Positions 22,683 to 36,504 of a stretch of DNA of 64,000 nucleotides are shown here, one piece after another. The DNA comes from Amoebophrya sp. A120 (taxonomy: Eukaryota; Protista; Dinoflagellata), in NCBI GenBank assembly GCA_905178155.1, contig CAJINV010000002.1:11076634-11140633 (forward strand). The letters run 5' to 3'. The notes under the pieces are model-generated. The model saw only the letters and a program-made list of their open reading frames with translations, searched no databases and was not told the DNA's origin. A program made the translations under genes and the position numbers. Position 1 is the first letter of the stretch. Each line of letters opens with the position of its first letter.

Positions 22683-25600
22683 AGCGAACACAAAATCAGA
22701 AGGAAGAAAACACACTGTTCCTTCACAAGTTGTCCTTGCAAAACTCAAAACAAAATCAAGGCAATTCAAATTCAAATTTACGACAAACGCGCAAACCACA
22801 GAGGCGCGACACAAAAACTCATTCTTGCCAACACAAGTTTGCAAAATTCTCCTTGAAAACCATACACCCGATTGACTCCAAACACCAGAGCAGGTCGCGG
22901 ACAAACGAAGCAGGCAGGATCTGAAGAGGCGGTGTGGCATCCACAGACAAAGCAAACCACTTCATACAGAGAATTCATTTAACTACACATACCCAATTCT
23001 CAATTCATCACTGCGCTTTTTTTTTCCCTCAGTAAATACACAATCAGGATATATCAGGATGTCTATGTGTATATGAAATCGAAATACAATTTTGAGATGA
23101 TGGATTCATTGAAGAAAGACTTTGAAAATTTGAATATTCATCAAGATGAAATTTTTCCGAATGTCATATGTTGCTGATAATTTTGTGATTCCGAATCTGT
23201 AGATGGATCTTGATCGATGTCCAACCATAGATGGATGTGGATGTGTTAATCTTCGGAATTTTGGATGGATTCTATGAAAAAATATATTCGAGTCTTCTCC
23301 TATGATTATTATTCTTCTTTATTTTTTTTTTTGTTTTCATTCTGGGTGGGATAGGGATTTTGTTTGTTTGTTGACTTTGGATACACGGAATCCGGGTGAA
23401 GATTTATTTCTTCTCTCGTGTACTTCTAGCGCTATTTGAAGAAAAATACAGTGTGCCAGAGCCGCTTTAGGCCTGCTGATAAAAAATCCGAAAAGGAAGT
23501 GCTACTTAAAAGTTAAAAAGTCGACCGATAAAATTGCTGCTGAAAAGGAGTTGTCGATTGATAAAGTTGTTGCTTTGAAAAGTTGAAAAGTCTGTTTGGA
23601 CTGTTTCTGTTGTGAGAAAAACGCTAAAGTTTCTAAAAGTCTGTAAATTGATCGAGAGGTTGCTGAGCTGAAAAATCTAAAAGTTGTGCTGTGACGAGCA
23701 AACGGAACTTCTTCTTGTTTTTTGTTGTTTTTCTTTTTTTTAACCTTTTGCGCTTTGTTACTACATATGTTGCAGATCTTGCGTGGTCTGTCTTACGCAT
23801 TTTTGTAAAACTCAAACGTTTCTGTTTTAATATATAGTTGCTTTTGAACGCTGTTGGAGCAGCTGCGTGCTATTTTTCGCGACTGGCATCTGCCCGGGCG
23901 GCTATTTTAGCCACTTCGTATCCTTTACGCAGGAGGTGTAGGACCACGATGCGATGGCCTTCTAAATATCCCACTTTTGCTCATCACACCAGAATGAAAA
24001 CAATGGACGCGCTTCGTTTGAAGAGCCAGACGTTTGAGGGTTTCCCTCTGTATTCGAGTGATCAGTACCTCTAGTGTAGATTCTGAACTCGCACCGCAGC
24101 TGTTGGCCAAACAGCTTAGCAGCAAAACGTCTCGAGCGGCTATGAGCTGGCCGCCGACCGCCAAATATTGCATCGGCCGGCGGCCAGATTGATGAAATAT
24201 TTGGCTGAAACAAGCATATCGCAGGAGTTTTTTAGCATTGTCCAACCCTTCTTCTGTTTTCTATCTTGGAGGAAGCGCAAACTAACACCAATAATGGCTG
24301 TGGAGTGTTTTTCATTGGCCTGCTACTGCATTTGATTTCGCTGTTTTGCTGGATTTGGATCGGACATAGGTGGCAAAACGAAGCCTCTTTCCTCAACTTT
24401 CGATAGACAGGCGCGGGATAGCTGCGCGTCGCGAACTGGCACACGAATAGGAGCAGGCAGCGCGGATGCCTGTCCCGGCGTGAGTCCGAGCGCGTGCCTT
24501 TGCCCTGTTCTATAAGCTTCGAAAAGATGTTCCACAAAACTAGTTTGTTTGGTCCCAAGGTTTGAAGAAAAAACAGAAACTCTGCGCAGCCACGTCACTA
24601 GAGACCCAAAAGCGCGCTGAGGAGAGAGCTAACACTTAGCCCATTCGATCGCGGGCTCCGCTTCCTCTAGAAGACACAACGTATTTGACTTCATTTGGCT
24701 GGCCGAAACGTTTTGAAAATACAGATCGACCGGCTTGTGGCTTCGAGCGAGGAGATGGAGATCGATCTTTGCACTATTGTGTTGGCCCGTCGAGGGAATG
24801 CAGGAATCCAGAGCTTCAACTGGTGCGGAGGAACAAGTATATAGCGAAATGAAATGATCTTAACACTACACTAAAGGTACTGTTTTCATTATTCCATTTT
24901 CAACGATGTGCAAACCACTTGACCCCAGCTCCAGCTGATCTGATCAAAATATCATGTGCGCGCCGTTTACACCTCTGGCTGTTTCTTTTGTGCGGCCAAG
25001 CGTTATGCGACGCAATTGCACTATTGCGAGGACGACTGCGAGCGACGCATTCTTCTTGGCGGACCCGGCCTATGGAAATGAAAGGCGGAAGCTGCATCGG
25101 CATCGCAAGTCTTTGGAGCGGTTCGGAGTTTTGAGCACGGCGGTCCTCGTGCTCGTCTTGCTACAGATGATAACTACGGGGACTTATTTTCTCATTGGCA
25201 GTCTGAGTTTGCACATATTTCGCCAGGTGCCCTATTGGATTTGGAATAGGACGACTGTGGAGAATATCCCTTTTGCCCAGAAAAGGCACAACGTTCGGAG
25301 TACGTGGTGGGGTCGCCACGGTTGTCATCATTCGACGGATATCATTTTTTTTGCGAGCGCTAAGAGTCTCCGAAAAACACCATTTACTCGACCGCGTCGT
25401 TCCAGAACTAGAAGCAGTTTCAAAAGCGCAGCAGATGCACAGGCTTTCAGCTTATCTCACTGTGAAGAACTCGTCTCATTCTCAATCATCCAGCCAAGGA
25501 GTTAGCTTTGTACCTTTTTGGATTCATTACTAAGCATACTGTGCATGATCAGGCAAGTGCACGCATTTGAACTTTTGCCATGGATGATCTTGTCGAGGAC

Positions 25601-25822
25601 ATTGCCGATGCAGGAGATCGAGATACTATGTCTGGTGCTGAGGATATTAATGTATGACGAGGAGCCACAAGCCAAACTACAGGACCAAAAAACTGGTCTA
25701 TCATGCTGGGGGTTTGGTTACTTATTCTTCGGCTTTGCGTCAGCCGTCAGGACCTGCTACTGCAACTGTTTTGCATTTTGTAATTGTATAGATACGATAC
25801 GATGCGACGAGTTTTTTTTTAC

Positions 25823-28800
25823 ATGGAATATGACATGAGCGACGAAATTACTAAGCTGAAAAATGTCTGCAGCTAAAAAAATCAAAATTTTTGCGTCCTA
25901 CATTTTCGGGCACCTTCTTGTGTGTTTATTTTTTTTCACAATGAAACGAAAGCAAGGAAATGGGCAGGCCAGGTATTCCGGCAAGGCCTCGGCGGACGAA
26001 GCAGAGGAGACAGCTCAGCCACCGGGGGACTCTGTGCTTCGGTATCGGTGGATGTCGTCCACCCGGGTTCGCAGTTGTAGTTCTTCAAGTTCCCAAACTC
26101 CCTCCTGATTCCTGACGATTTACCTAGTGCGTGTCTTGTTTGGGAATGGGCTGAATCTGCTGAAGCAGAGGCTCGCTTTTGGTTCAAACCTCGCGGCCTC
26201 GGAGGAGGTCGACTCGGGGATGAGCTCAAGTTGCAGGGTTTCTGCCTGCAAATTGAGCTCGATTCAGCTCGGGGTAGTGCGAAAATGGCGGCCAAAATTT
26301 GTCGCCCCGGAGGTCCGCGACTCGGGAGGGCTCCGAAGAGGTGTCCGAGGACACCTCATCTGGAGGCCAATTTCGGAGGTGCAGAGTTTTTTGGCGGCGC
26401 AGACAAACACGAGCTATCTGCCCCACTTTCCCCCCCTCGCGCCAAAAAACTCTGCACCTCCACTTGGCGACCTCGTTGCCGAGGTGCAGAGTTTTTTCGC
26501 GGAGCCACGTTTTGCATCAAAAATCTGAACCCTCACAGCACGGCATTCTGCTGATCCAGGGGCTCAGATTTGTGACCTGGCCCGGAGAGCGAGCCCAAGA
26601 CGGGTCATAAACGAAGGCCATTTGTAATGCGAAGCGCGCATTACAAATTGCTTAACGCCGGACCGTCCGTTACCAAAAACGATTTCAAAACGAATTCAAA
26701 CTGAATTCAAAATGCCAGCGTTTTGGACTTCTTGAGCCGCTTAGATTCTTCGTCGCAAGAACGTGGCGGGCAATAGTCCGGTTTCCGTGCCCACTTCATG
26801 GCGGGGCTCGGGTGCGCCAGTGTGGTGGGCCGCGTGTCTGAGGGGCGCAACACAAGAACTCGACTGCAGTTCCACTGTCGGAGGCAAATTAGATATGACG
26901 CGGACCCTAGCAAAATGGTGCGGTAGACGGAACAAGGGGTGGGCGGCTTCAAAGGGTCGAGCGGCAGCTTCGCCCGCTGTGGGCGCACTGCGTGGACGCT
27001 GCCGGACGTGCCGTCCTGCGCCTTGGGCCAGACGCCCCAATGGAGCCGTCAGAGATGCGACGTCTCCGGCGCCTCCTGGGGCGCGGGCTGATGGCAGGAG
27101 GAAAGTGCGCGCGTGCAATTTTATTTCCGGAGCTATAATTGTGCCCTGTCCGGTTCCTTGTAAGCCGGCGGCAAAGAGCGCCCCGCGATTGGGCGCGGTG
27201 CGATGCTCTGTGGTCCGGGTTGTAGAGCGCCGGCCCTTTCGTGGGCCGGCCCTCGGGGCAGAGCGCTTTCCTGTTCTCAGGACAGGGCAGCTGGGTCCAG
27301 CTCTTACCACGTGCAACGCAAGGCCGACGCGTTGACCTGTGGCATGGGGCGGGCCCAGCGTTCAATTTCAAATTGAATCCGCGAATTCAAAGCGAATCCG
27401 CGAATTCAAACTGAATCCGCGAATTCAAACTGAATCCGTGGGCGCCTCTTCAATTTCAAACCAAATCCGTTGCTTCCTGGAGCGGCCACACCAATTTCGA
27501 ACGGAATCCGAATTCCATCCGAATCCCATCCGATTTCCATCCGAATCCCATTTCCCTAATAAGGAATTGGACTCGGATGAAAAAAGGATGGAATTCGGAT
27601 TCCGTTTGAAATTGGTCGGACCAATTTGGGGTCCAATCCGTGACCTTCTTCTGCATCAGACCAGAACGTCTGGGCTATGTTGTAGATTTTTGGCGCGCGC
27701 TGCCGCGCGCACCGCTATCCGGGTGTTCTTCAATACCTTTTTCTTTCATTCCGCGTTGCCTTGTCGTTGGTGTGGCGAGTTGTGTTTCTTGGCGCTGCAT
27801 CGCAGCCTCTGAGGAGCAGGGTGGGCCGTCACAGGTGACGCCGGGTCTTGTCATACAGCCCTTCTGTGTTGGTTGAATCTGCTTCACCTGCGCTTCTGCC
27901 TCTTGGGCGTTTGAACTATAAAGGCGATGCTCATGGGCGAACGCCGGTGGGGAGCCGGCGTCTCCCATGGAGCGCTTTCTGCTCAGATTGCAAGGCTTGG
28001 CCGTGAAGCACGTGGGCACTGCAAGTGTGGGGCCAACGGAGCTGGGGCTTCGTTCATTCGAGAACTTTTATCGTGTGCGGATTACCAACCCGGAGCAGCT
28101 CTTTCGTGGTGGTGCTGCATCCTGAGCACGCTTGCTCCTTGTTCTATTTCCTTTTTTCGCCCACACCATAAATCCTTGCCGCGCTGTGCATCCTTGCTCA
28201 GTCGAGACAGAATGTCGCGCGTCTGTCGGACTTATCTTCCTGCCGCGCCCGTCGTGGTGGCATCTGGGGCCATAATGAGAGGGCGTATGGTCGGAGCCCG
28301 ATGCGCGATTGCGTGCGGCCTTTGTGCTTCTGGGTGAGGACCTACAATCCATGCCCGAAGCGTTTCACGATGCTTTCCCAATTCTCTTTTTTCGAAAACT
28401 GTGGCATTTTGAATTCAGTTTGAATTCAGTTTGAAATCGAATTACACGACGGCACGGCCAGAGTTAAAAATTGCCACTTTCGGGGGGAGGGGCTCTGCGC
28501 CCTAGCACCTCTCTGAGGCTGGCGTCATGTTGTTATCTTAGGTGCGAAACTTACCCGAAAAATGGCAGTCGGAGGCCCCTACCTGTTGCCGCATTTCCGT
28601 GTGGAGGTAGCAAAACAAGCTCGTGCGGGACCTTCCAGCAAATGACGCAGGAATGGAGCGCAACACCTCGGCCAAGTTCCCCAGCACGGAGTCCGCAGCG
28701 CTCGCAAGCGGGCTGCAGTCCGGGCGAGAAGAGAAGAACACGAACTGCACTACCAAAAATTTTGATTTTTTTAGCTGCAGACAAATTTCAAGTTAGTAGA

Positions 28801-31312
28801 AATGAATACAGATGGAGGTGAACAAGATACTTGGGAAATTGACTCTGACGCCGGTCGTGTGGCCTCATCTAAGGAGGACGAGATCCTTGACGACGGTGAA
28901 GACGAGCATGAAGCTCCTCCTGACCACTATGCGAAAAGCAAGGACGTCGACGCGGAGGACGAAGAACAAATACAAAAGGATTCGCGTGCTACTTCTTCAC
29001 CTCCTCGTAGGTGTAGCGGCCCCGGAGGAGTTAGCGAAAAGGGACAAGCGAAAAGTTGTAGCTGGGATCCTGCTCAGGAAACCCAAGATCTTCTGCAGCC
29101 AAGAGCATCTTCACTCGATAGCAGGAACACAATTGCTCCTGTACTAGTAGAAGTTATGGTGAACGGTACTGACCGAGGACCACTTGGGGTAGAGGTAGTG
29201 GAGGAAGCGAGCTGTAAATCGAAGGACAAGGAAAACCGCAAAAACGATATTTATTTTGGCAAAGGAGGTGGGGGGAGCGATGGTGGTACGGAGGCGAAAG
29301 AGGCGCAGCTACACAGTGGCGAGGCTTCGGAGGAAGCGTTCCCGCACGACGTGCACCACCGTGAGCTGTGCAAGTTCTTTCGCAAACAGTTTCTCGCGAA
29401 AGACAGCAGAGTCGGGGAGAACGCTTTGCGACAAATCACTGCGGCCGGTGTGCATGCAGGAGTTAGCATGGCGGTCCCCGACAAACAAAGCAGCGTTGAT
29501 GAGCTGTTTCAATTCTGGTGCGACAAGATTAAGTTGACGGTCCAGCACGGCGAGAAGGTCGATCATGCGCAGATAATCACTGGAAGGGAAAAGAACATCG
29601 GGAAGAAGACTCTGATTGTGCCTGTTGGAGAACAGGAGGACGAAACTACCGGGCGGGCACGCCGTGGTTTTTTTCGGACGCCAGCGTCCAACAGCCTCGG
29701 CAGGGGGAAGGACAGTGTTGCGCCAGCGCCCTTCACTGCACAAGCAATTGTTCTGGACGACGAGGACGAGAAGCTACACGAACAACACTTCGGAATTCGC
29801 CCGCGGTCGGTTAAAACTTTCGAGACCATGCCTGTTCATAGTTTTTACGATGTCTCGCTAGGAAAGCGGCTGGTGAGTCTGCTGGACGACGGGGGACCGG
29901 CGCAGGCCGCGGAAGTGCTGCGTGGATCTTTCGGTGTGTCGGATGAGCCGAAGCACGGCCAGATCGTGAAAGTCCTCGCGTGTAGAGGATCCAAATGCCA
30001 TCACCCCGGGAAAACTGGAGAAAACCGGGAGGGCTGTGGCCTTTGTCCCGATATTGCAGAGGAAATCTTCACAAACTTGATGGTCAGCCATGCCACAAAT
30101 AAGAGATGCGTAGCCCAGATGACGCGGATCGTCAGTTTTGTTGAGGCGACAGCCCGTGCACCAATTGACGAAGACAAAAAGACCGAGAGCGATCGTTATC
30201 TTGAACACGCAGAGGCGGGAGAAAGAAGCGACATCGAGGATGGGGACGGGGAGCCGGCTCCTGGCATTCGTCCGGATCCAGCAAAGCCGGGTACGTGCTG
30301 CAACGCTCGGTGCGGAGATGAGGAATACTCAACGGTCTATCTGCTTTTCTTCGAAAGAGTCGCGCTTTTTGCCGACGATGGCGACCAGGTACCACAAAAC
30401 CTGTACACGACATCCGCGCAAGGTTTGATGCGCGAGCCAGGGCAACCGGAGCGCTTGACTCACAGCTTTTTTCAATGCTTGGCAGCGTTTTCGACTTTTG
30501 GCTTTGTGCACAACGATCTACGTACTGTACACTTGGGTTGCGCCCTTGGCAACAGAGGGAAACCTAGGCCGGAAATCAAGCTTCTTGACCTTGGAGGGTC
30601 CTCGTTTGTTGCCCTCGACATTGCTGGAAAATCTACCGGTGTTGTTGTTTTCGGCAGACAAGTTGTTGTTGACGGAGTAGTCACGCCGATCCTTCACCAT
30701 CAGGGCCCACGGAATCCGATTTTGTACATCACAGGAATAGGGCTGAACAAGTTCGAGGGAGAGGGTGCCCCCATTGAGTTGTCTCCGTCGGAAGATCGGC
30801 AGCGGAAATTGCTACTCCCGAACGAAACATCATGTAACTCAATAGCGGAGAGGGCAACGTACGGCCCAGCGCTGGACTGGTATGGGGCAGCTTTGGGATT
30901 GATCATGTTTTTTGATCCTTTGCCCGAGGATCGGGTCGCCAGTTGGGACAATTTGCTGGACCAGGACGTTTTCAAGTTTGGGATCGCGAACGCGCAAGAA
31001 GGCTGCGGCAAGGAAATGCGCGAGTCGACGATGTTTCCCGGCAGGAACCGTGCAGATGAACACAGCTCACTCTCTTCCAGCCCAAACATTTTGCTACACC
31101 TCGAAGCGAGCCTCCGAGATGGGAGACACTTATCTGCCCCGCTCGTGCGCACCTTGCTGACGCCGCTCAAATACTTTTGGAAACCAGAGTGGGCACAGAA
31201 AGAGACGAGAGCGCAGATGAAGCGAGCTTGGCTTCAATTCACGAAGATGAAAACACGGGCACGAGAAGCACCAGAAAAGGGACACGACCACTCAGGAAAT
31301 CGTGACGATTGA
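25823..31312 (+). CDS. Divergent protein kinase-like protein; tiny upstream exon (25823/25835-25848) spliced to 28804-31312
   Basis: GFVHNDLR (catalytic loop), IKLLDLG (DFG-like), APIE and GPALDWYG motifs in the 836-aa ORF; removing 25849-28803 gives in-frame M(EYDM)SDEMNTDGG. Confidence 0.65.
26375..26502. repeat. Three copies (one inverted) of GAGGTGCAGAGTTTTTT
   Basis: 26375-26396 and 26440-26461 form a perfect 22-bp IR; a third copy starts at 26481. Confidence 0.8.
26652..28467. mobile_element. Nested TIR element (1816 bp) with 7-bp TSD AAATTGC
   Basis: TTAAC...GTTAA ends; ~70-bp imperfect TIR containing GAATTCAAACTGAATTCAAAATGCCA; AAATTGC at 26645-26651 and 28468-28474; internal GAATTCAAACTGAATCCGC repeats at 27375-27440. 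Confidence 0.8.
27490..27616. repeat. Small hairpin/MITE nested at a third level
   Basis: 30-bp IR with 1 mismatch: CCAATTTCGAACGGAATCCGAATTCCATCC (27491-27520) vs 27586-27615. Confidence 0.75.
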
Positions 31313-33326
31313 AACAATATAGTATTGTGACAGATGCAGATCCTCATTCTCCTCATCAAGATGATAATTTATGATGAATATCATGAGCACCGGTATCTAT
31401 ACGTCACTCTGTTGTCCTTGTCCCTACGCCTACTCGTCTGACAAAGAGAAAAACGTCTTTTGGTCTTAGCAAATTGCAAATTGTAAATAACCTACTTATT
31501 TCAAACTGAATCAGGTCAAGTTTCAGTCACATCAATCAATGATCTGGTAGATGCGTAAAACAGCATCGACAGTCTTGCTCTTCAATCGATTGCTCATAAG
31601 AGAAATATGAAAAAACACAGCATAGGAGTGGTAGCGTGACGTGGATGTGATCACTCCCGGCAGTGATGGCGTTGTGGATCAGGAGACTGCCTCTTCTCGA
31701 CAGGTGGAGATGCGAAGCCAGTGCACACAGCTTCAGGAGGCAGAAAAGATCATTCTATTCTTTATTTTGTAAAGCGTTCGCTCTCCCTCGGTGAATGAAC
31801 GAAAACGCAGCAAATGGCCGGCATTGATCGAAATAGGTCGTGTAGCTGCTGGATTAAAGCTCGCACAAAGCAAATGCAAGGGTGGCACTGAGATCATGAT
31901 TGATCACGATGGTGGTGAAAGCCAAGGTCTTCTTCTTCATACTTCACTTAGCGCCCCTTTTCACTTTCTCTATTTTCGGCAGGGCATTCTATTCCTATTG
32001 ATTTGTTGTGCCGGTGGAACGTATATGTGTGTGTAGTGTGAGTGTCTTTCTAGTTGGTCCTTGAGAAACAGCCGTTCATTTTCATCACACCACGGCTCCT
32101 GTCTTTGTTGATCAGATTCTCCTGCAAATAAACAGTATAGAAACATCACAAAAATGGAAACCCCGCCGACCGGAACGACCCGTGTCGCCACAGACTATCG
32201 ACCGAAAAAGGAATGTATGTATTCAAGCGAATGAAGAGCGCGTCATTGCTTTGCATTTCCAATTCAATACTCCAGCTACAAGTACAACTTGTACGTATTT
32301 TTCTGTAAAGATCAGAGAGAATAATATGCATTTGCTTTGTTGGGTACCAAACAAAGTGTATGTGATTTTTCGTATCCTTATCCTGATGTATGTCATTTTT
32401 TTTTGTGTCGATACCAGCACCACTGCCCCTTCCCGGACCACATTGAATGCAAACACGACGAAACATGATGCAGATGCTGGAGAACCAGATTCATCTAGCA
32501 CGCTTTCGAAATCAGGAACTTGCAGCAGTTTGGCAGCAGCGGATAAGATCCACCGATGTGACCAGAGACAACCAGAAATCCACTTCTGGCATTCTTTATC
32601 CCATCGAAATTCAATTTTTGCACGCTCATTGCTGGTATTCATCTTCACCACCACAGAGCTGAAACACTGAGCAGCTCGTCTTCTATTTGCATGACGCAGC
32701 TGATATGCTTTAAGAAGGGCTCCGAGACAGAGGAGGCCGTGGGAAAGCAGCTGAAGAAACAGATGAATATCGATTTAGTCAGCACTGTGACGCTGGTACT
32801 AGGTAATTCAGCCGCTTTTTGTAAAACTAGCAGTAATTATGAAATTGAAAATGAAACGAAGTTGCAAGACCATCAGACACGATTCTTTCCAGCGTTTGTG
32901 CAGGCATCGCTATGCTTTACCTTTGCATTTACACCCTTTCAGCAAAATAGTACCTATGTATCTTCCCATGGTTGTCAGTGTTTCTATGTGAAGCATTTCG
33001 AAAGCATGCGTATGCCATCCGCGTTTTGCAATTTTTTACTTCGTTTTTGTTTTCTGTTGCGAACCACCAGCGATAGCTGTAATTTTGAATTTTGTTGGGA
33101 TTTTCCGGAACGGATACGAAAATGGACAACTACTCCTCGCCCTTTTCATCTACTTCCTCATTTGAAGAGCATCCCTAGCGACAGAATCGACCAGAAGAAA
33201 AAGAATGCGGCTTCTGCATGACGAACACATCACGAACTCTATTGAGACTGGACCGTGAGAGATGTTTGCGTAGATAACAAGGCTAACGAGTTAAACAGAG
33301 CAATAAATCAGGAGGGGGAGAAGTAG

Positions 33327-35228
33327 ATGTCCACTGTCATAACGAAGACAGCTGTTGTCTTGCATCAGCACGGCGCGGGTACCAAACAGTTTGTCGGCGA
33401 CACCTCCTCGGTGCTGTGGCCCGTGGCGCGCCACCTTTGCAACTACCTATGTGACCGGGTAAAGATCCTGCGCCAGGAGCAATGCGAAGAGCAGCTGAAC
33501 GTGAACGGTGATGAAGGTGGCTCTTGCCATGCTGATCGGCTTGTGGATGGGGTGAAAATTCCTGCCCTGAGAAAGATGGTGGCTGGGAGCAGCAGCGAAG
33601 AAGACCACGTAAAGCTAAAGCAGGAACGTGACCAAAAAGTGCGATGCATTGAACTCGGAACAGGCACCGGACTCGTAGGCATCGTTCTCGCACACCTTGG
33701 GGCTGAAGTGGTCCTATGCGGATGAAAGTCCTTTCACTTTCTTGTCCGATAATAATATTATATTTTTATTAAAGCGACGAGTTCTGTATAGGTTTTCCGA
33801 AGTCTTTCTGTACAGGAATGCCGTTCTCTCGTGCGGTAGGGCTTCCTCCGAGAGCTCCTGCTCATTTTCATCATTTGCAAAGTTGCTTCAGGTGGTGGTT
33901 TCAATCTACAACGAACGCATGCGTTTGCATGCTCGTTCCGCCCGGCGCCTTTGCAAGCACAGGAGCGCACGCGCATCAAATGACATGAAGACATAACTCG
34001 CGTCAACAGTACTGAGACTGAGTATAATATTTCTGCGTTTGTCCGGCGCAAGATAAATAATGTTTAGCTGTCCACCTAGACACTTCAACTGAAGAAAACG
34101 TATACAGCCGCCATCGCGGTTGCGGGCTCAGTCACAAATTGCAAATAGAAAACAAGAATGTGATTTTTTGCATTTCCATAAGAGCTCACCGATCAGACGT
34201 TGGATTTGGCGCGAGAAAACATCGAGCTCCAACCAGAAAAGGCGCGTGCGCGGTTGAACGCGCGGGAATTGGTATAAAAATACATAAATATCTATACTGA
34301 TATCAAATGATGAGTTGGACTTTGAAAAGTTGGATTTCTCTAAAAGATGAAGATGATGCAACGTATGTTGGCAAATACTTGTTCATATTCGAGCAAAAAG
34401 GACGATGGGGGAGGGTTAAGTTCACGTATGTTTAATAACGAATTCGAGCGGTCCGCGGTCTTTTATAATGTGCAAGTATTCCCAATCCCAGCGTTGCGGC
34501 AATGTTGGCAAATGGAAATGCAAAAACGTAAAGGAGCACCCATACAGTTAGAGTTAGAGCCGTTTTGTTCTCAATCTGCAGGACTCTCGGTCTCGCTCAT
34601 TTTTACTTTTATTTGCCCATCTTTTTTACAGTATACTCACCCTTTTTCGCCCGTCGCAGAAATAGGTATTGAAATACGTATTGAAATAAACATAAAGAGG
34701 GTTGCGCGGACATCTGGTTATTTGATAACAAGAAGTTGTGAGGACCGGGGCGGGGGAAAATTGCTACTTTTAGCTAAGCTTTGCCCCCCGCCCAGAGAAT
34801 GATGCATGGTGACCAACCCGCCCTTGAAATTGAATCTAACTCTGAGTGCAATTGCATAGCAGTGTTGCATCTACTTCTACATCTACACTACACAGGTTTG
34901 GGGGGAAACCGCTCTGGACCCGGTCCGGGACCGACATGGGTACGATCTGGTCGTAGCTTCGGACGTCATTTGCCACCAGGGAAAGGAAGTGATGCAGGTT
35001 TTGGTGGCGACGATATCCAGCCTGCTCTCGCGTTCGTCGGAAGCCCGAGCTCTGGTGGCGTACGAGTTTCGAGATGACTGGTGGACCTGCTCCACATTTT
35101 GCGATCTCTGCGCCGCGCAGGGCCTGCAGCTCACCTCCCTGTCGCTAGAACCGGACGACGAAGATAGTGATTTCATTCTCTACGTGCTGCGGCACGACAC
35201 ATCAGATGCCAAGCAGGGAGCCGAGTGA
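33327..35228 (+). CDS. METTL21-like (Methyltransf_16) protein-lysine methyltransferase, ~268 aa; exons 33327-33714, 34186-34271, 34896-35228
   Basis: Motifs VLWPVARHLCNYL, IELGTGTGLVGIVLAHLGAEVVLTD (rebuilt across intron 1), ARENIE, ELVWG (across intron 2), YDLVVASDVI and LVAYEFR. Confidence 0.88.
33715..34180. mobile_element. Old introner with decayed TSD (GGTCC/AGAGC)
   Basis: Weak IR TATGCGGATGAAA/TTTGCATTTCCATA; element+5 nt = 471 restores VVLTDQTL. Confidence 0.7.
34272..34895 (+). other. Canonical GT-AG intron (624 nt)
   Basis: GTATAA...CACAG; joins REL|VWG in frame. Confidence 0.8.
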
Positions 35229-36504
35229 CCTGGATGACGAAAATCAGAATCAAAACTGTGAGCTCGCTTTTTCATTCGAAAAGCAGTACTGCTACGCACG
35301 AGAATATCAAAAATAACGAAGATAGAAACGCAAAAAAAGCACGCAGCGCGTCGATCCTGACGCTGACTCTTACTGGATCACCAGCCACAGACCGAATGCG
35401 TGAACAAAATTTGGTTTCTTCTTTCACGCTGGTATTGTAAATTTGGTCTCATCTTGATCTTTCGACGTTTTCGTGGACGACAGCTCCTCTGGTTCGAACA
35501 AAAATAATATCAAATTGCGAGAAGATCCTTTTGCTTCCTGGCGATCAGTTTCACTGTTTGCATCGAGTTCCTGCCAAACTTTTTGTTGACCAGGAGCAAC
35601 TTCGTGCCTTTGATCACTTCAAGTTGTTTGCAGTTTCAACATGAAGCAGCTGCGCTCACGTCCAAAATCATGAGCATACGCATACCGCCTGCAGAACGAT
35701 GAGATGCATAATTGCTCCGCACCCGGCGGTGCAAAGTGAAGATGTAATGTTGTTGATCCGTCGATGTTGTAGTTGTAACTGTTAGTAATTGAACGCTGAG
35801 CGAAATAGAAAGCTCGCTCCGAACAAGGCCGATCTTTTCGCCAGAATTGTGTCCTGTTGTTAATCCTTTTTTCCAATCACTATTCCACGTAATCCTAGAT
35901 TTCAATCACAATCATCAGGCTATCAATATCTTAGCTCTTTGGTTTCACAATTTCCTCTAGTTGTTTCAGATAACCAGGTGGTCTTTATTTATTTTCTTCC
36001 GTGTATAATACTTTACAACTCGATAGATAAAGATATACGATTGAATAGATAGATCTTTAAACACCCTAGATATAATATGATTGCGCGATCTATCGAAAAA
36101 TATCAAAGTCAAAGCGAACGTAATATTTCGATTGTGGACCACCGCATTCGACCTTTGATTGTTGTGGAAAATCTGTATGTGTATGATAGAAAGTGAAAGA
36201 TTCCACTAACGACCACACAAGGACTCGACAGGAAAAGATCCGAAAGCGAGCGCGCGGTGCGGCCGCAACTCAGACGAGCTAGAACCAGGTTGTGCGCTGC
36301 GATAGAGGCATAAAGACTACAACATCCATTGCTTCTGCGTCACCTGCACCACTTATAGACCAGCACGTTCTACTGTAGGATCGCCTGGGACGATAGCGGC
36401 GGTGATGTGAACCGGGCTGAAGCCTGCCAACTTGATCAATTTCGTCCTAGCACTCAGCATCACGGAGGCGGAGCAGGGATAGGGAGACGGAGCAGTAAGG
36501 AAGT

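Larger units (their letters stand above)
25849..28798. mobile_element. Giant non-autonomous TIR element/introner (2950 bp), TSD GAAAT
   Basis: ~43-bp TIR TACTAAGCTGAAAAATGTCTGCAGCTAAAAAAATCAAAATTTTTG vs CAAAAATTTTGATTTTTTTAGCTGCAGACAAATTTCAAGTTAGTA; GAAAT at 25844-25848 and 28799-28803; no transposase motif seen. Confidence 0.9.

Noticed and set aside
20378-26728. Shared 15-mer GCCAGCGTTTTGGAC in two elements
   Set aside because: One or two 15-mer matches are expected by chance in 64 kb, and the flanks do not align.
26652-28467. piggyBac assignment from TTAA at both ends
   Set aside because: A 7-bp AAATTGC duplication lies outside the TTAA, so TTAA is better read as part of the TIR; no transposase is present.
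32146-33221. ORFs of 140-180 aa on both strands
   Set aside because: No recognisable motif; cannot be supported as genes.
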